Positions 12,601 to 27,834 are shown, counted from the first letter of the stretch. The stretch: 64,000 nt of DNA from Octopus vulgaris (GCA_951406725.2 OX597819.1:51522001-51586000); one strand, 5' to 3'. The notes: a model not told the origin generated them from the sequence alone. A program made the numbers and translations.

Positions 12601-12975
12601 TCGCAGGTGTGGCTGTGTGGCAGGATTTTTGCATCCCAGTCACATGGTTCCGGGTACAATCGCACTGCGCGGCACCATGGGAAAGTTTCTTATACTATGG
12701 CCTCGACCAAGGTCTTCTGAGTGGATTTGGTAGACGGGAACTGAAAGAAGCCCGTCGTACATATGTATGGGTGTGTGTGTTTGTCCTCCACCACTACCTG
12801 ACAACTGGTGTTTATATGTTTATGTCCCTGCAACTTAGTGATTCGGCAAAAGTAAGCCTTATAGAATAAGTACCAAGCTTTAAAAAAAATGAGTACTGAG
12901 TCAATTCGTGCAACTAAGCTTCTTCAAGTCGATGCCCCAGCATGGCACCAGTCCAATGTCTGAAACAAGTATAAG
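12601..12975 (+). mobile_element. SINE family B (CORE-like, CR1-type tail)
   Basis: GCAGGTGTGGCTGTGTGG head, GTGGATTTGGTAGACGG, tail CCCCAGCATGGC...CTGAAACAAG. Confidence 0.85.
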
Positions 12976-13371
12976 ATAACAGATAGGACTTTATCCAAAA
13001 TGGAAGCCTGTTATGTAGTAATTCGATCAGCTATAAACCGCAGCCAACTTACTCGGATTAAAATATACTGTCTTAAATAACAAAAAGGACACGTCGAGAA
13101 AAATAACCCTAAGACTGCACTGGTTGTAATATACTTGAACATCCTTACGAAAGATCAGGGCTTGCTTGTTTATAATTTCACCAAGATCAGTATTTTGATT
13201 CTCGTTCAAAACCAAATTTAAGAAAATGTGTTCCATATTGGAGGGAAAGCTAACCCTTGGCGGTTTGGCCTCTCATAAGTGGTTAAACTCAGAGTAGTCA
13301 CTGGGCCTGATAGAAATAGCTGCCAAATTTCCTTCGAGTTGCACTGTACCGTATTAAAAGAAGAAATGTAA

Positions 13372-13509
13372 ACAGCTTGCTTACGAACCACATGGTTCCG
13401 GGTTCAGTCCCATTGCGTGACACCTTACGCAAGTGCCTTCTATAACCTCGGGCCGACCAAAGCCTTGTGAGTGGATTTGGGAGACGGAAACTGAAAGAAG
13501 CCCGTCGTA

Positions 13510-13594
<85 letters not shown>

Positions 13595-13820
13595 GTGTGT
13601 GTGTATATATATAAGTTTGTGTGTCTGTGTTTGTCCCCCCATCCCCACATCGCTTGACAACCGATTCTGATGTGTTTACGTCCCCGTTACTTACCGGTTC
13701 CGCCAAAGAGACCGATAGAATAAGTACTAAGCTTACAAAGAATAAGTTCTAGGGTCGATTTGCTCGACTAAATGCGGTGCTCCAGCATGGCCACAGTCAA
13801 ATGACTGAAACAAATAAAAG
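13372..13820 (+). mobile_element. SINE family B with an internal (TA)n(TG)n microsatellite
   Basis: B-box-like GGGTTCAGTCCC, GAAAGAAGCCCGTCG then the microsatellite, tail GCGGTGCTCCAGCATGGCCACAGTCAAATGACTGAAAC. Confidence 0.9.
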
Positions 13821-13952
13821 AGATATAAGACAATATAATCCATAATACACAAGTCGAGAGGGTCGCGACTTGAGTATCTTTAATCATAGGTCAAATTTGA
13901 TCAGTGTTGATCGAGGGATGTACAATAACGATGCCTTTTTCTTCCTTTGAAG

Positions 13953-14225
13953 ATGTGCAGCTTAGTGGTTAGGGCATTGCATTCGCGATTTACGATCGTA
14001 AGATCGTGCTTTTCATTCTCGAACCGGGGACAGTAGGTTATGTTTTTGAGCAAAACCCTATATTTCACGTTGCTCCAATCCACTTTACTGAAAATCAGTC
14101 CCAGCAAAACCTGAGAAATTAACACTGCGACGGAATAGCGCTCTTTACAAGGCGGGCTGTAGTACATTCCTTAAATTATACCATCATGAAAAACCGGGAT
14201 AAACTCCGGCCTAATGGGTTCTAGA
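13953..14225 (+). mobile_element. degenerate SINE with head D and a V-like tail
   Basis: GCTTAGTGGTTAGGG head, TTGAGCAAAACCCTATATTTCACGTTGCTCCA, tail CTGCGACGGA...AAACCGGGATAAACTCCGGCC. Confidence 0.6.
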
Positions 14226-14677
14226 ACTAATGACAGACTTAATTCTAAGTTTCATCCCTTCCTTTATATTTTCACTTGTTTCAAAGAACAGAAACTCCAG
14301 TTAATTGTCTCTCTGTTCAGGTTTGTCTCCGATCATCACTTGACAACCGGTGTTAGTTTACCACTCCGTAACTTAGCGGCTCGACAAAAATATGCTGATA
14401 GAATAAGTAGCAGACTTCCAAAAAGTATTAAGGTCAACTTGTTCGATTAAATCCATCAAGGCGTTGCTCCAGCATGGCGTAATCTAATTACTGTAATAAG
14501 TATATCATTAAAGATATTTTACATGGAGTTTTATGGTTTTAGTTAGTGTGGTACGTCGGAGGGGTACCACAGTGTGAGTGACGAGAGAAGGAAAGGCGAA
14601 TGAATGGAGAGGATCTGAAGAGAGTGACACAGGATAAGCCTTAACCGATGAGTAGGTGCAATTTCAGACAAAATATA

Positions 14678-14710
<33 letters not shown>

Positions 14711-15194
14711 CAGACAAAAAAAATATATATATACATATTTAACCTTTTAAGAGAGAAACTAATTCGCGTGACATGTCCACACACTGGTGGGCTTTATAAT
14801 ACTTTTGTAAAGTTTTGTAAAGACTACCCTTCCTCCGACCCCCGAATACCTAAACCATTGGATCATCTGCTATCTTACCCAAAATTTTGAATATAAACCC
14901 AAATGTCATTGAATTTCTGGTCACTAAACCTGATATAGCATGTTACGTGGCAAGGTAGTCCGCATGATCCTGTATCTGTAGATAGATGGTTATCTGTTTT
15001 GCATCAAAGTTCATGTCATCGTCTGTAGAAAAGTCCACATATATGTTCTGGTGGTTGTATTTGTAAAGATTCATGAGAGCCTGGAAGAGTTTGCGTCATA
15101 TATACTCTTTATTTTGCCGACAACAATACGTGTACATTAGGTGATTACTTGTGCCATGTAAACGTTTAAAAGAATTGAGGTTGCTGAATACACT

Positions 15195-15325
15195 CAGGCG
15201 CGGTCCCAGGAATTTTTCGAAGGAAGGTTACAAGGTCAGAGACGAATATTAATTCCAGGACAAGAGTGCACTTCTTCTCTTGAGTGGGCACGTCCCCCTC
15301 AGGCTCCTCCTTGGATCCGCCTCTG
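15195..15325. mobile_element. possible short MITE
   Basis: Imperfect TIRs CAGGCGCGGTCCCAGG / CCTTGGATCCGCCTCTG; no clear TSD. Confidence 0.4.
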
Positions 15326-15647
15326 ACATTATCCTGCAGTCTGCCGACGAAGTGGGACCGGATCAGCACCCTGCTAACATCATTTCCGAACACGTAGCTC
15401 TAAAGATAAAGAAAATAGATGGTGTCGCTTTGGAAACATTAATACCACGTGATCTGAACTGACCAATAGCGGCCTAAACTCCTAGTTGTCTCAGAACTTC
15501 TACTCAGTGTCTCGCATCTGATGAGATTGACGTGTCCTATCCTCTCATGAAACTTTAGATCAAGTGGCGCTGAATCAAACAGTTATTAAAAGTATATGTA
15601 ACTCCTATCAAATCTATTGAGTGCTACTTTCTTTCACTTGTTCTCTC

Positions 15648-15800
15648 GTATGTATGTATGTATGTATGTATGTATGTATGTATGTATGTATGTATGTATG
15701 TATGTATGTATGTATGTATGTATGTATGTATGTATGTATGTATGTATGTGTGTATGTATGTATGTATGTATGTATGTATGTATGTATGTATGTATCTATG
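15648..15800. repeat. (TATG)n microsatellite
   Basis: Read directly. Confidence 0.95.
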
Positions 15801-17111
15801 TATCTATGCATGTATGCATGTATGTATACGTACATTCATTTCTGAGCCTTGTTAGTCGTGGTTTTTAGCTTTTAGATAATTCTTCGAAATCCATTCGATC
15901 ATTGCAATAACGCAACGATAGGAATAGCGTATAGCAAATACTTGGAAAGAAGAGGAAGGAGAAGAAGAAGAAGAAGAAGAAGAAGAAGAAGAAGAAGAAG
16001 AAGAAGAAGAAGAAGAAGAAGAAGAAGAAGAAGAAGAAGAAATAGACATAGCGACCTATGGGGTGATGGTCATAAACAAAGGAAGGATATTATTAAGTTT
16101 TGATGAGATTAAATGAAGACGTTCCAGCGGTGTTAGTCTGAAGCTACGGAGCCTAACTAATTCTAATCTATTGCCGAAAGATACAGGACGCTGCAAATAT
16201 CTGTTATATGGTCATTAGCATAAATGCTATCGTATTATTGTATCAGCATTGATATGGTGGGGAAGATAAAGATAAATGGTGGAGAGAAATCAAATAAACA
16301 CGTGAATTCCTTGTTTAAATGAATCTGTATCTGCCAGTCGATATTGCAACAATTTGATTATACTAAACACCTTACAGTAAGAGAGATATTTCAATGAATA
16401 ATCAATACGATGGAACTTATTTAGAACATTCTGCTAATAGACAACTAATTATTCTGAATTTCGTGCCAGGATTCCCCCTTCCATTTTCGTGGACTGCAAT
16501 ATAAGTGTAACAATAGAAACTAGCAAAACAGAGAAATCGATGCTCTCGTACGTAAAAGAAGTGAAGTGTTTCATTGTTCTTATGTTTAAACCATTCCAAG
16601 TTCTTCTCTGATAATCATCCGTTCTTAATTGGGATGTCTTTTATGGTAATACCAGTAATTATTTGCATTAATTGAAACACACCCACATGCACATACCTAG
16701 ATGCATACGCACGCACGCACACACACACACACATACATACACATATACAGATATACTGTATTCATGTGTTGCTCTGTGTTAAACGAATGAGGGGGAAAGA
16801 GAACTCAAAACATGATATGGAGTATTTCTACATCTTTTATCTCTTATAAAATCTGGCTATATAGAAACCCAAAGAAATCACCATGATCTCAACTGACTTC
16901 AGACATGTCTGTGGAGTTAGGAAATTCTCTCTGGAAGTGTATAGTTCGAGGTTCGATCCCTCTGCGAAGCAAAAGGGCCGTGTATTTTCTACAATAGCCG
17001 CAGGTTGATTAACAGTTTTTGAGTGGAATTTGATGCACAGAAATGGTGTGGAATACCTTCATTTGTGTGTGTGTGTGTATTTGTATGTGTATGTGATTGT
17101 ATGTGTGTGTA

Positions 17112-17154
<43 letters not shown>

Positions 17155-17161
17155 TGTATGT

Positions 17162-17198
<37 letters not shown>

Positions 17199-17229
17199 CA
17201 CGCTTACACACAGATATATATATATATCT

Positions 17230-17660
17230 CAAAGTTCGTTTTTCCAGCGTTCACCACTTCACATCGTCTTGGATTAACAGCCATCGCCGTTTGTTTTTAC
17301 TGTTTTATTCTCATTGTCCTGTTTTTGTTACCACTTTCACACCTTCCGCAAAAATCCCAAATTTTATTTAATTTGCTTTGCGGGAAGGACTGTTTTAGCG
17401 AAGTCGCGTCTTCTCCTTACCTTCGAAAGCGGAGTAGATAAAACTGGGGACAACTGTTGAAGAGAATGTTTTTATGTTGTATGTCGCGTTTCGCTGGTTG
17501 TTTTTCTTTTTCGTAGTTCCAAAAAAAGTTCGTTTTCTATGTTTTTGTTTTTTATGTTCTCGTTTCTCATTTTGTCTACGTTTTTTTTGATGTCCTGTAC
17601 CCATACATGCATGTATGTATATATATATATGTAGGTATGTATATATATGCATATATTTAT
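17230..17660 (+). repeat. dispersed ~400-bp non-coding repeat; other copies at 20510-20866 (-), 24570-24900 (+), 35080-35220 (+)
   Basis: Shared TTTTGTTACCA...CAAATTTTATTT...CCTTCGAAA...AGTAGAT...ACTG(A/T)NGAAG...TGTCCTGTACCCATA; mostly flanked by (TA)n. Confidence 0.75.
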
Positions 17661-17708
17661 TTATTATTTGTATTATATATATATATGCGTGTGTGTGCGT
17701 GTGTGTGT

Positions 17709-17744
<36 letters not shown>

Positions 17745-17749
<5 letters not shown>

Positions 17750-18106
17750 ACGGAACTCCGTCCGTTACGATGAGGGTTCCTGTTGATCCGATCAACGGAA
17801 CAGCCTGCTCGTGAAATTAACGTGCAAGGGGCTGAGCACTCCACAGACGCGTATACCATTAATGTAGTTCTCGGGGAGGTTCAACGTGACAAAAAGTGTG
17901 ACAAAGAGTGGCCCTTTGAAATACAGGTACAACAGAAACAAGAAGAAAGAGTGAGGGAAAATTTGTGGTGAAAGAGTACAGCAGGGTTCACCCCCACCCC
18001 CTGCCGGAGCCTCGTAGAGCTTTAAGTGTTTTCGTTCAATAAACACTCACAACACCCGGTCTATGAATCGAAACCGCTGCCCTAACCAGTTGGCCATTGC
18101 GCCTCC
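17745..18106 (-). mobile_element. SINE with head C and tail D (chimeric)
   Basis: 17935-18106 matches the head of the 10918 element; 17745-17935 matches the tails at 28240-28420 and 30950-31123. Confidence 0.85.
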
Positions 18107-18179
18107 TATATGTGTATACTATACACATATTGAAACACTCAATGAGCTTCCGTTCAGTGTCCATCTATGTATATGTATG

Positions 18180-18211
<32 letters not shown>

Positions 18212-18327
18212 CATACATACATATAGACACATCCATATACATGCATATGTACATGTATATGTATGCCTCTATATATATGTATGTGTATATATATATATTC
18301 ACACATACATATACATACATACATACA

Positions 18328-18402
<75 letters not shown>

Positions 18403-18408
<6 letters not shown>

Positions 18409-19669
18409 GTAAAAAGTGAAAAAACTATAGAAGGCTTGTTTTAAAAGGTTAAAAAATATATTTGAGTCATTATGTCAGAAGAATGTTATAAATTTTTTTC
18501 ATACAGTGACATAGTTTTTGAAGAAATTACCGGTTTCGTGTTAACTTTTCAAATTTCTCAAAACATCGTGTTATGACTTCGTTATGAAGTGTAAAGAGGA
18601 GTTCCAGGTAAGGGGGGGTAATAAGTGATTTCTTCCGGTGTAAGGGAGATAATCGCTTTATATTTCTTGCCTGTTTGACTTAATGGGGTGAGTTTCTCTG
18701 TATAAGAATATTAGAGCGGTTAAGTTTGGGCTTATGTTTTTCAATGAAGGATGTTTCCTTGTTTAGTCTAATTTGTGTTGGTGTTCCAATAGCACATTGA
18801 TAAAATGGAAAGATTAAAAATTGTGGTAGTAGTTGCTTTGCGCATTTCTCAATATGCTCACTAAAGGGTATCATTCTGTATTCTGGGAATGCAATCTGTT
18901 ATCGATGCAGTGTGCATCTACGTCTGAGTGATAGTCCCGTGGATCCCACGTAGTTTTGGTGGCAGCCCGAGCATCTTATGACATAAATTATGTTTTCAGA
19001 AGCACAAGTAAAATTAGATTTGATCTTGAATTTTTGTCCCTCTTTGAAGAGGAATTCTCATCCTTCTAGAAGGTTTGGGCATGTTGCGCAGTTTGGTCTA
19101 CCACATTTTTTACTTTTGCATCCGTAATTTCAGAAAGCAATTTTGCCTTTGTGAGAATCTTTTTAAGTGATTTAGGTTGTTTGTATCTTTTAATGATTTT
19201 ATGTATGTTTAGAATTTCCTTTAATTTGGGGTCCTTATGAAGTATTGGTAAATTCTGGGTGATGATGGTGAAGGCGTCTTTGTTTCTGGGGTTGTATGTG
19301 GATATGTAAGGCAGTATTTTCGGGAAAGGTGTGTTGTTGTGTTGAACTTTTCTCAAAGTTTCTATGTCGATTTCTGTTGCACGTCTGATCCCATCCTCTA
19401 TGAGTTGAGCTGGGTAGTGTCTGTTAATTAGGGTGTTTTTGAGTTCTTGTAGTCTAAAGTTCCTGGTATTTTGTTCTGACACTATTGTGCATATCCTTCT
19501 TGCAAGGTTGAAAGGGATGTTTGTTTTAGTGTGTCTTGGGTGGCATGAATCAAAAAGAAGGTATTGTTTGGCGTCTGTGGCTTTGTAAAAAATGTCTGTC
19601 TCTATTTTAAGGTTAAGGTTTCTATTTTCTATATATTCAACCACGTGCTTTCACACTCCAACTTTCTCA
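18403..19669 (-). mobile_element. Neptune-type PLE copy 1: 5'-truncated, with an inverted terminal fragment
   Basis: ORFs 19066..19644 and 18680..18874 are nearly identical to the thumb and GIY-YIG of copy 3. 19622-19669 is the element's 3' terminal sequence in the opposite orientation. Confidence 0.92.
18516..18563 (-). ncRNA. minimal type I HHR, U3-A8 variant, in the PLE 3' UTR
   Basis: TTTTGAGAAAT-TTGAAAA-GT(taac)AC-GAAA-CCGG-TA^ATTTCTTCAAAA; helix III is the palindrome ACCGGT. Confidence 0.72.
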
Positions 19670-19681
19670 TCTATCTATCTA

Positions 19682-19742
<61 letters not shown>

Positions 19743-19744
<2 letters not shown>

Positions 19745-20070
19745 TTGCTATTATGTTAAACTATATCGTATGTCCAACTTTGGTCAAATGCATTTTAAAT
19801 ATTTATGTTTGCAATAGCTAGAGAGGGTGTGAATCAATACCCTAACGTGTCCAGTTCGATTATTTTACACTTCTGACATTTTTTTGTTTCTTTGATCGAT
19901 TCTCAAGGGATGCAAGGCAAATGTGACCTTTGGGTCATTTAAACTCACAGCAAATAGAATCGAACCAATGACCATGAAGCATTCAATCCAAACAAAGCTC
20001 TTGCGATTCTGCCAATCTGACATGTTTTACACACACACATGTGGTTGGGAAGCAGGCTTCTTACCACTCA

Positions 20071-20136
<66 letters not shown>

Positions 20137-20460
20137 TGAGTGGTAAGAAGCCTGCTTCCCAACCACATGTGTGTGTGTAAAACATGTCAGATTGGCAGAA
20201 TCGCAAGAGCTTTGTTTGGATTGAATGCTTCATGGTCATTGGTTCGATTCTATTTGCTGTGAGTTTAAATGACCCAAAGGTCACATTTGCCTTGCATCCC
20301 TTGAGAATCGATCAAAGAAACAAAAAAATGTCAGAAGTGTAAAATAATCGAACTGGACACGTTAGGGTATTGATTCACACCCTCTCTAGCTATTGCAAAC
20401 ATAAATATTTAAAATGCATTTGACCAAAGTTGGACATACGATAGTTTAACATAATAGCAA

Positions 20461-20462
<2 letters not shown>
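19743..20462. repeat. near-perfect 720-bp palindrome with an (AT)n centre
   Basis: Arms 19743-20073 and 20134-20462 are reverse complements apart from one 2-bp indel; identical ORFs on both strands in the track. Confidence 0.95.
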
Positions 20463-20513
<51 letters not shown>

Positions 20514-21729
20514 TAAATAAAACATATACATATATATATACATATATGTACGTACCTACCTCTACATGTATATATACACGCATATATGAGTACAGGACAC
20601 CAAAAAAACGTCGAACACAATGAGAAACGAAAACATAGACACAAACCCAAGGAACTGGACATTTTTCTTAAACAACAAAAAAATAGAGTACAGGACAGAT
20701 AACACAAGGAAAAAAAACCCTTCTTCAGTCGCCATTGTTTCATCTACTATACGTTTCGAAGGTGAAGGCGAGACGTATCTTCGAAAGAAACTTTCCTTCC
20801 TGCGAAAAGCAAATCAAATAAAATTTGAGATCTTTTTGCAGAGAGGTAAAAATGGTAACAAAACCGTATGTATGTATGTATGTATGTATGTATGTATGTA
20901 TGTATGTATGTATGTATGTATGTATGTATGTATGTGTACATACATACATAATAAACAATAGTTTAAAGTTTTAAGCACAGTATTTTGATGTGATCCGTAT
21001 TTTAGAGAAAAACCAATGACCGCGTTGTTTGTTGGAAGTTTTAAAGAAAAGCGACATATTGTGGAACGGCTTTGCTAAAATTCAAACATGGTGGCTTGTA
21101 CCGCCTATAGTTTCCGGTAAGTGTAAAATAAAGGCACCAGTTTCAAAGTAACATATGATAGCTTAGGTTCCAATCTCGAAGCTTAACGTTTAATAAAGTG
21201 TACGGGTAGTTTTCTTTTAGAACGGAATTGTAGCAAACGCTGTGAAATTCTTCTTGAATGGCAGCTATTTCCTAATAACCTTCTTGTTAATTAATCTTGT
21301 ATGTAAGCGAGATAAGTGAAAGGAAACAATGGCTTATTGTGTCGGAGAATATATCCGATTGCTTTATCGTTTTTAGTACTGACTTAACGAGAACACGCTT
21401 CTATGAAACAGCAAGAGCGACATTTATATAGCAAAGACGTTGGATAGCTTGAGAGGCGTAAGTACAATCAGAGTTGAACTGGACACACATCATCAATGGT
21501 TATGAAAAGAGTGCTGTCTAGTCTGCAGGCTATATTGATTATTATAGATGGCAGGGTCGCTGTATTTAATAATGAATCATTTTAGCATAGAAAATGATTG
21601 AAAGTATCTAATTCAAGGGAAACATAGACAGCTAATATATAGATAGATATCACACTGGTGAATTGATATTAAATTAGCCACTGAGAGATACGACGTGGAT
21701 GTGTGTGAATGTGTGTGACTGTGTGTGTG

Positions 21730-21789
<60 letters not shown>

Positions 21790-22061
21790 GATTAGTACAT
21801 TATATTGTACTTGCATGAATTTGGAAATAAATGATTATACGTACGTGTGAATGAGTGTATATGTCTGGTATGTATATGTATATATATATACATATATATA
21901 TTTATACATATATATTATATATACACACACATATATACATATACATATACATATATATATAGATAGATACATACATACATACATACATAACGGCATAAAT
22001 CTACACATATACCCATTATCATTTGGAAATATATATATGCTATATAATTATGATCTGCAAC

Positions 22062-22129
<68 letters not shown>

Positions 22130-23109
22130 CAGATTCTCGCCACTTTGTATTCGGTGTATTTTGGCCATTATAGAATTATAGATAAATGTTTAACAAAAAA
22201 ATGCTAAAGAGAAGCAAGAAGATCGATGGACATGTTCGGAAATAGCGAAGTAATTCAAGAAAAAGTAAAACGGCCGGAAGGATAAACATGGTGGCTGTAA
22301 AAATAGAGAAATCATAGCCATAGAGAAGCTATGGGTTTGGTTGAAAGAAAAAGGGATAAAAACAGGGAACAAAAACCCTTATCACGGTTACACACAAGAG
22401 CAAACAATTGGAATTAAAATTATGGAAGCAAAATTGACAAAACCAACATGATAATAGCGTTGAATGTTTGGTCAAGTAGGTGGAAGTTCTGAATTATCTT
22501 TTTGTGTGAATATGCCAAGATGACAACACAAAGAATCCCAAAACTAGAATGATAGGATACGGACACAAAGACACTCGGAAGTTCTCAAGGAATTTCGTTT
22601 GGAAATATATCGAAAATTGCTACCAACAAAAGTCGGAAGCTGTTGTTGAAAAAGACTGCTTGTAGGATCTTATGGGATTTCTCGCTGGAATTTCATTGTA
22701 TAAAATGAACTGAAGAAATCTGATATGATTGTAAAAGAGGAAAATGGTATGTAATGACAGAATTTGCTTAACGAAATCCAAACTAAAGGGAAAAAATTGA
22801 AATGTATCTGGATTTCACCAGAATACTGAAAACTGGGATATGTTAGATAAAGTTGGCGGAATTCATAGGTGAATTTCACGGTAGCCATTACAAAAGTTAT
22901 CACCATTGTCATGTGTGTTGGGGGAAACAATACCAAAACGGATGCTCGAAAGATGGAAAAACATTAGAATTTTGACCCAGAAATTTGTAATCTTTTCTTC
23001 TGCGAGAATCAGTCTGAAAGGTATTTGGTTGTTGAAGAGAAATTTAAGAGTGCGCGTGTCTGTGATCGCTTTCTCGTTGCATTTCTGCAATTTAAACACA
23101 TACAGGTCA

Positions 23110-23360
23110 TTATCTTGTTTTGGCGTTTTAGACTGTCCAGTTTCCTGTTTAACTTATAAGGTGAGCTTCAAATGCGAACGAAGAATGTGGCCCAACCATT
23201 TCCATCTACTTTTTGTTATTCCTTCACTTATAATTGGTTCTTTCGTTGTGTCTCGAATGACTTCATTTCTCAAAAAAGCATATATTTGATAACCAAAATC
23301 CTTTGTTATTCGTTATTTGTAGACACTAAAACGATTGCCTATAATTTGTTTATTAATTGA
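23110..23360 (-). mobile_element. RTE-clade LINE C-terminal fragment, decayed
   Basis: Minus strand LRNEVIRDTTKEPIISEGITKSRWKWLGHILR matches the RTE NEEI...RWxWxGHxxR motif. Confidence 0.6.
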
Positions 23361-23387
23361 ATCTATTCTGAGTATATTCTATATACT

Positions 23388-23602
23388 GGTCTCAAATCTT
23401 GACATCAGGCCAGCAATTTCGGAAGAGGGCAGTAAGTTGATTACACCAGCCCCCAGTACTTGAGCGGTATTTATTTTATCGAAACCGGAAGGATGACAGG
23501 TAAGGTCAACCCTCGGTGGAATTTGATCTCAAAATGTAAAGATTGATGAAAAGCCGTTAAGCATCTGCCCTGCACAGTAACGATTCTACCGGCTCGCCAT
23601 CT
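23388..23602 (-). mobile_element. SINE family A, alternative tail, degenerate
   Basis: Reverse complement of GATGGCGAGCCGGTAGAATCG...TCATCCTTCCGGTTTCGATAAAATAA...GAAATTGCTGGCC. Confidence 0.7.
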
Positions 23603-24204
23603 TCAATTTATTCTATATATCAAAAGCAATAAAAATTAATGCTTATACACAGTAGAATTCCTATAGATTTTAGAGGATTCGCATTTTCCTATAAGTATCT
23701 ATAGACTTCCATTAAATTCAGATTTTTAAGGACCAATAACTATCCATACAAATTCGATGATATATATTTAACTATTTCAATTTTTCTCTAATCTCTGCTT
23801 ATTTTATCAAGCTGCATTTTGCTATTTCGTTACTAAAACATCAATGTTATCAGAATAATCCAAACCTGTTAAAAACTTTCCATAAATACATTCATTTCAT
23901 TATTTTCCATCTGCGATTCTTTGCCAGAACAGCAAACAAGTGGGGCTGTAGAACACATCCTTACATCATTCTAGTCCTAAATTTAAAAATGAAACACCAT
24001 GCGGATATGCAATAGCACAGTATGTTGCCACAGAAAATTCAAAGCCTAACACATCCTGCAACGGCAAATATCCTTTCCAGAAATCTATCCTACAAAAAAA
24101 AACAAAAGAGACAGTGTCCCTACGATCTTCACAATTTAGCTCATATATATATATATGTGTGTGCGTGTGGTTGTGTGTGTGTCTGTGTGTGTATTCATTA
24201 ATAT

Positions 24205-24249
<45 letters not shown>

Positions 24250-24269
24250 GTTGGAAATGGATGCGTGCC

Positions 24270-24568
24270 GATCAGTTATATGCTGAGACCCCCTTCGGCC
24301 ATGACTGACCCTGGGATTGCACCTAGAAAGTTAATCTCCCAGGCACAAGTCCGGGCAAGGTTGTTTATGGAAGGCCAGCAGTCGACCATGCATAGCAGCC
24401 TCCCCTCTCCACGCCATCTTTATCCGCGGGAAAGGCAAAGACCGATACAGCTTGGCACCTGTGACGTCGCAACTAATTTCTACAGCTGAGTGAACTGGAG
24501 CAACGTGAAATAAAGTGTCTTGCTCAAGAACACAACACGCAGCCCGGTCCGGGATTCGAACTCACAAC
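24270..24568 (-). mobile_element. SINE with head D and tail E
   Basis: B box GAGTTCGAATCCC, TTGAGCAAGACACTTTATTTCACGTTGCTCCAGTTCACTCAGCTG, then a tail not shared with the 28240 and 30800 copies. Confidence 0.75.
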
Positions 24569-25175
24569 AGTTCGTTTTCACTGTACTGTTTTTGTTACCA
24601 ACTTTGACCCTCTGCAAATCCCAAATAATATTTTGCTTTACTGGAGCAACTGTTTTCACGAAGATACATATCTGTGTGTGTATTGACATAGAAATACATT
24701 GTCGTAATTGATCGAAATGTGGAGTAGATAAACAGCCGACAACTGACGAAGGGGTGTTCTTTATGTTACTTGTCTTGTTTTCCATTTGTCTCTTTCGTTG
24801 TACGCAACAAAGTTCGTATTCCATGTATTCATATTTCGTATTTCATGTTATTTACGTTTTACGATGTCCTATACCCATATATGCATGTGTATATACATAT
24901 ATTGTAAGCATGTACATATATGTATGTATATAAGCATATATATATATATATATTATTTATATGTATATATACATAAACTTGTATACACACACATATTTAT
25001 ACATGTATATAAGGTATTGGCTTGCATAACATAATACACGACACACATCTATATGTCTGTTTGTGTGTGTATGTATGTGTATGTGTGCGTGAGTGCGTGT
25101 ATGTTCATATGTGTTAATACATAAATATCTAAACATAGGCCTATTTATGCATGCATTTATATACATATATATAAA

Positions 25176-26540
<1,365 letters not shown>

Positions 26541-26740
26541 TACATGTATGCATATACATAATTCTATATATGTATATATGTATGTTTATTTGTATGTATG
26601 TAAGAGAGAGAATAACTGGAGGAGAGTTACTGTTGATCAACTTAAGCATACATCCTTAGAAGCATGCACACAAATTATATAGATAGATAGGTAGATAGAT
26701 AGATAGCTAGATAGATAGATATACACATATCTATACAAAT

Positions 26741-26791
<51 letters not shown>

Positions 26792-27248
26792 CGCACATAT
26801 ACATGTAATGTATATATAAACACACCTACATACCCACACACATACACACATAAACACACACACACAAGACGCGCGCGCGCGCTCACACACAATACACACA
26901 GTAATGGCTTTCCTCAAATGGAGTGGAACTTGACAAAGAAATGCTCCCTGATACCAAAGAGAATCTACAAATATAGAAATACTACTCATTCTATTATATA
27001 TTTTTTTTATTTTGCTTGTTATGTTCTCTTATGTTTATATTTTTTGTTTAGTTTACTTTTATTTTTGTTTTTTTTTTCCTCCTCGCCGTTCTTTCTTTTT
27101 CCTTTTCTGCTTATTTCCCCCCCCCCCTTTTTATTTTATTTTTTGTTTTTGTTTTTTTTTTGTTTATGTCTGCCTTTTGGCAGGCGATATTCAGTATGAT
27201 TGTTTAATGAAACGATGCTTCCAGAAGATCTTTACTAAACTTATGTAA

Positions 27249-27297
<49 letters not shown>

Positions 27298-27403
27298 GGT
27301 ATTTGTGCATATACAGACCGACGAGAGTACATATAAGGTCTTGTGTTAGGTATTCGATTCCTGTGCAGACAAAACAACCAAACACATAAAGTGTATGTAA
27401 ATG

Positions 27404-27450
<47 letters not shown>

Positions 27451-27532
27451 CTGTATTCCCACACACTCGCACATATATCACTATAAATACATTTGCGCAA
27501 TATGCGTGTTTGTGTGTGTATACTACTGCTAC

Positions 27533-27563
<31 letters not shown>

Positions 27564-27725
27564 GTTGTTGTTGTCGTTGTTGTTATCATTACATATGTAT
27601 ATATGCATGTGTATGTGTGTGTGTGTTTGTGTGTGTGTATGTGGTGTGTGTGTACGTGTAAATGTATATCTATATCAATACACACACAGATATGTCTATG
27701 TATACAAGATATATATATTTTTGCG

Positions 27726-27799
<74 letters not shown>

Positions 27800-27834
27800 A
27801 CATGTATGTATATATATACGTATATATATATACG

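Noticed and set aside
20715-20790. Hammerhead in the 17230/20510/24570/35080 repeat family (CGAAACGT...CTGANGAAGGG)
   Set aside because: Both half-motifs occur, but I could not form helix I in any copy; a consensus is needed to decide.
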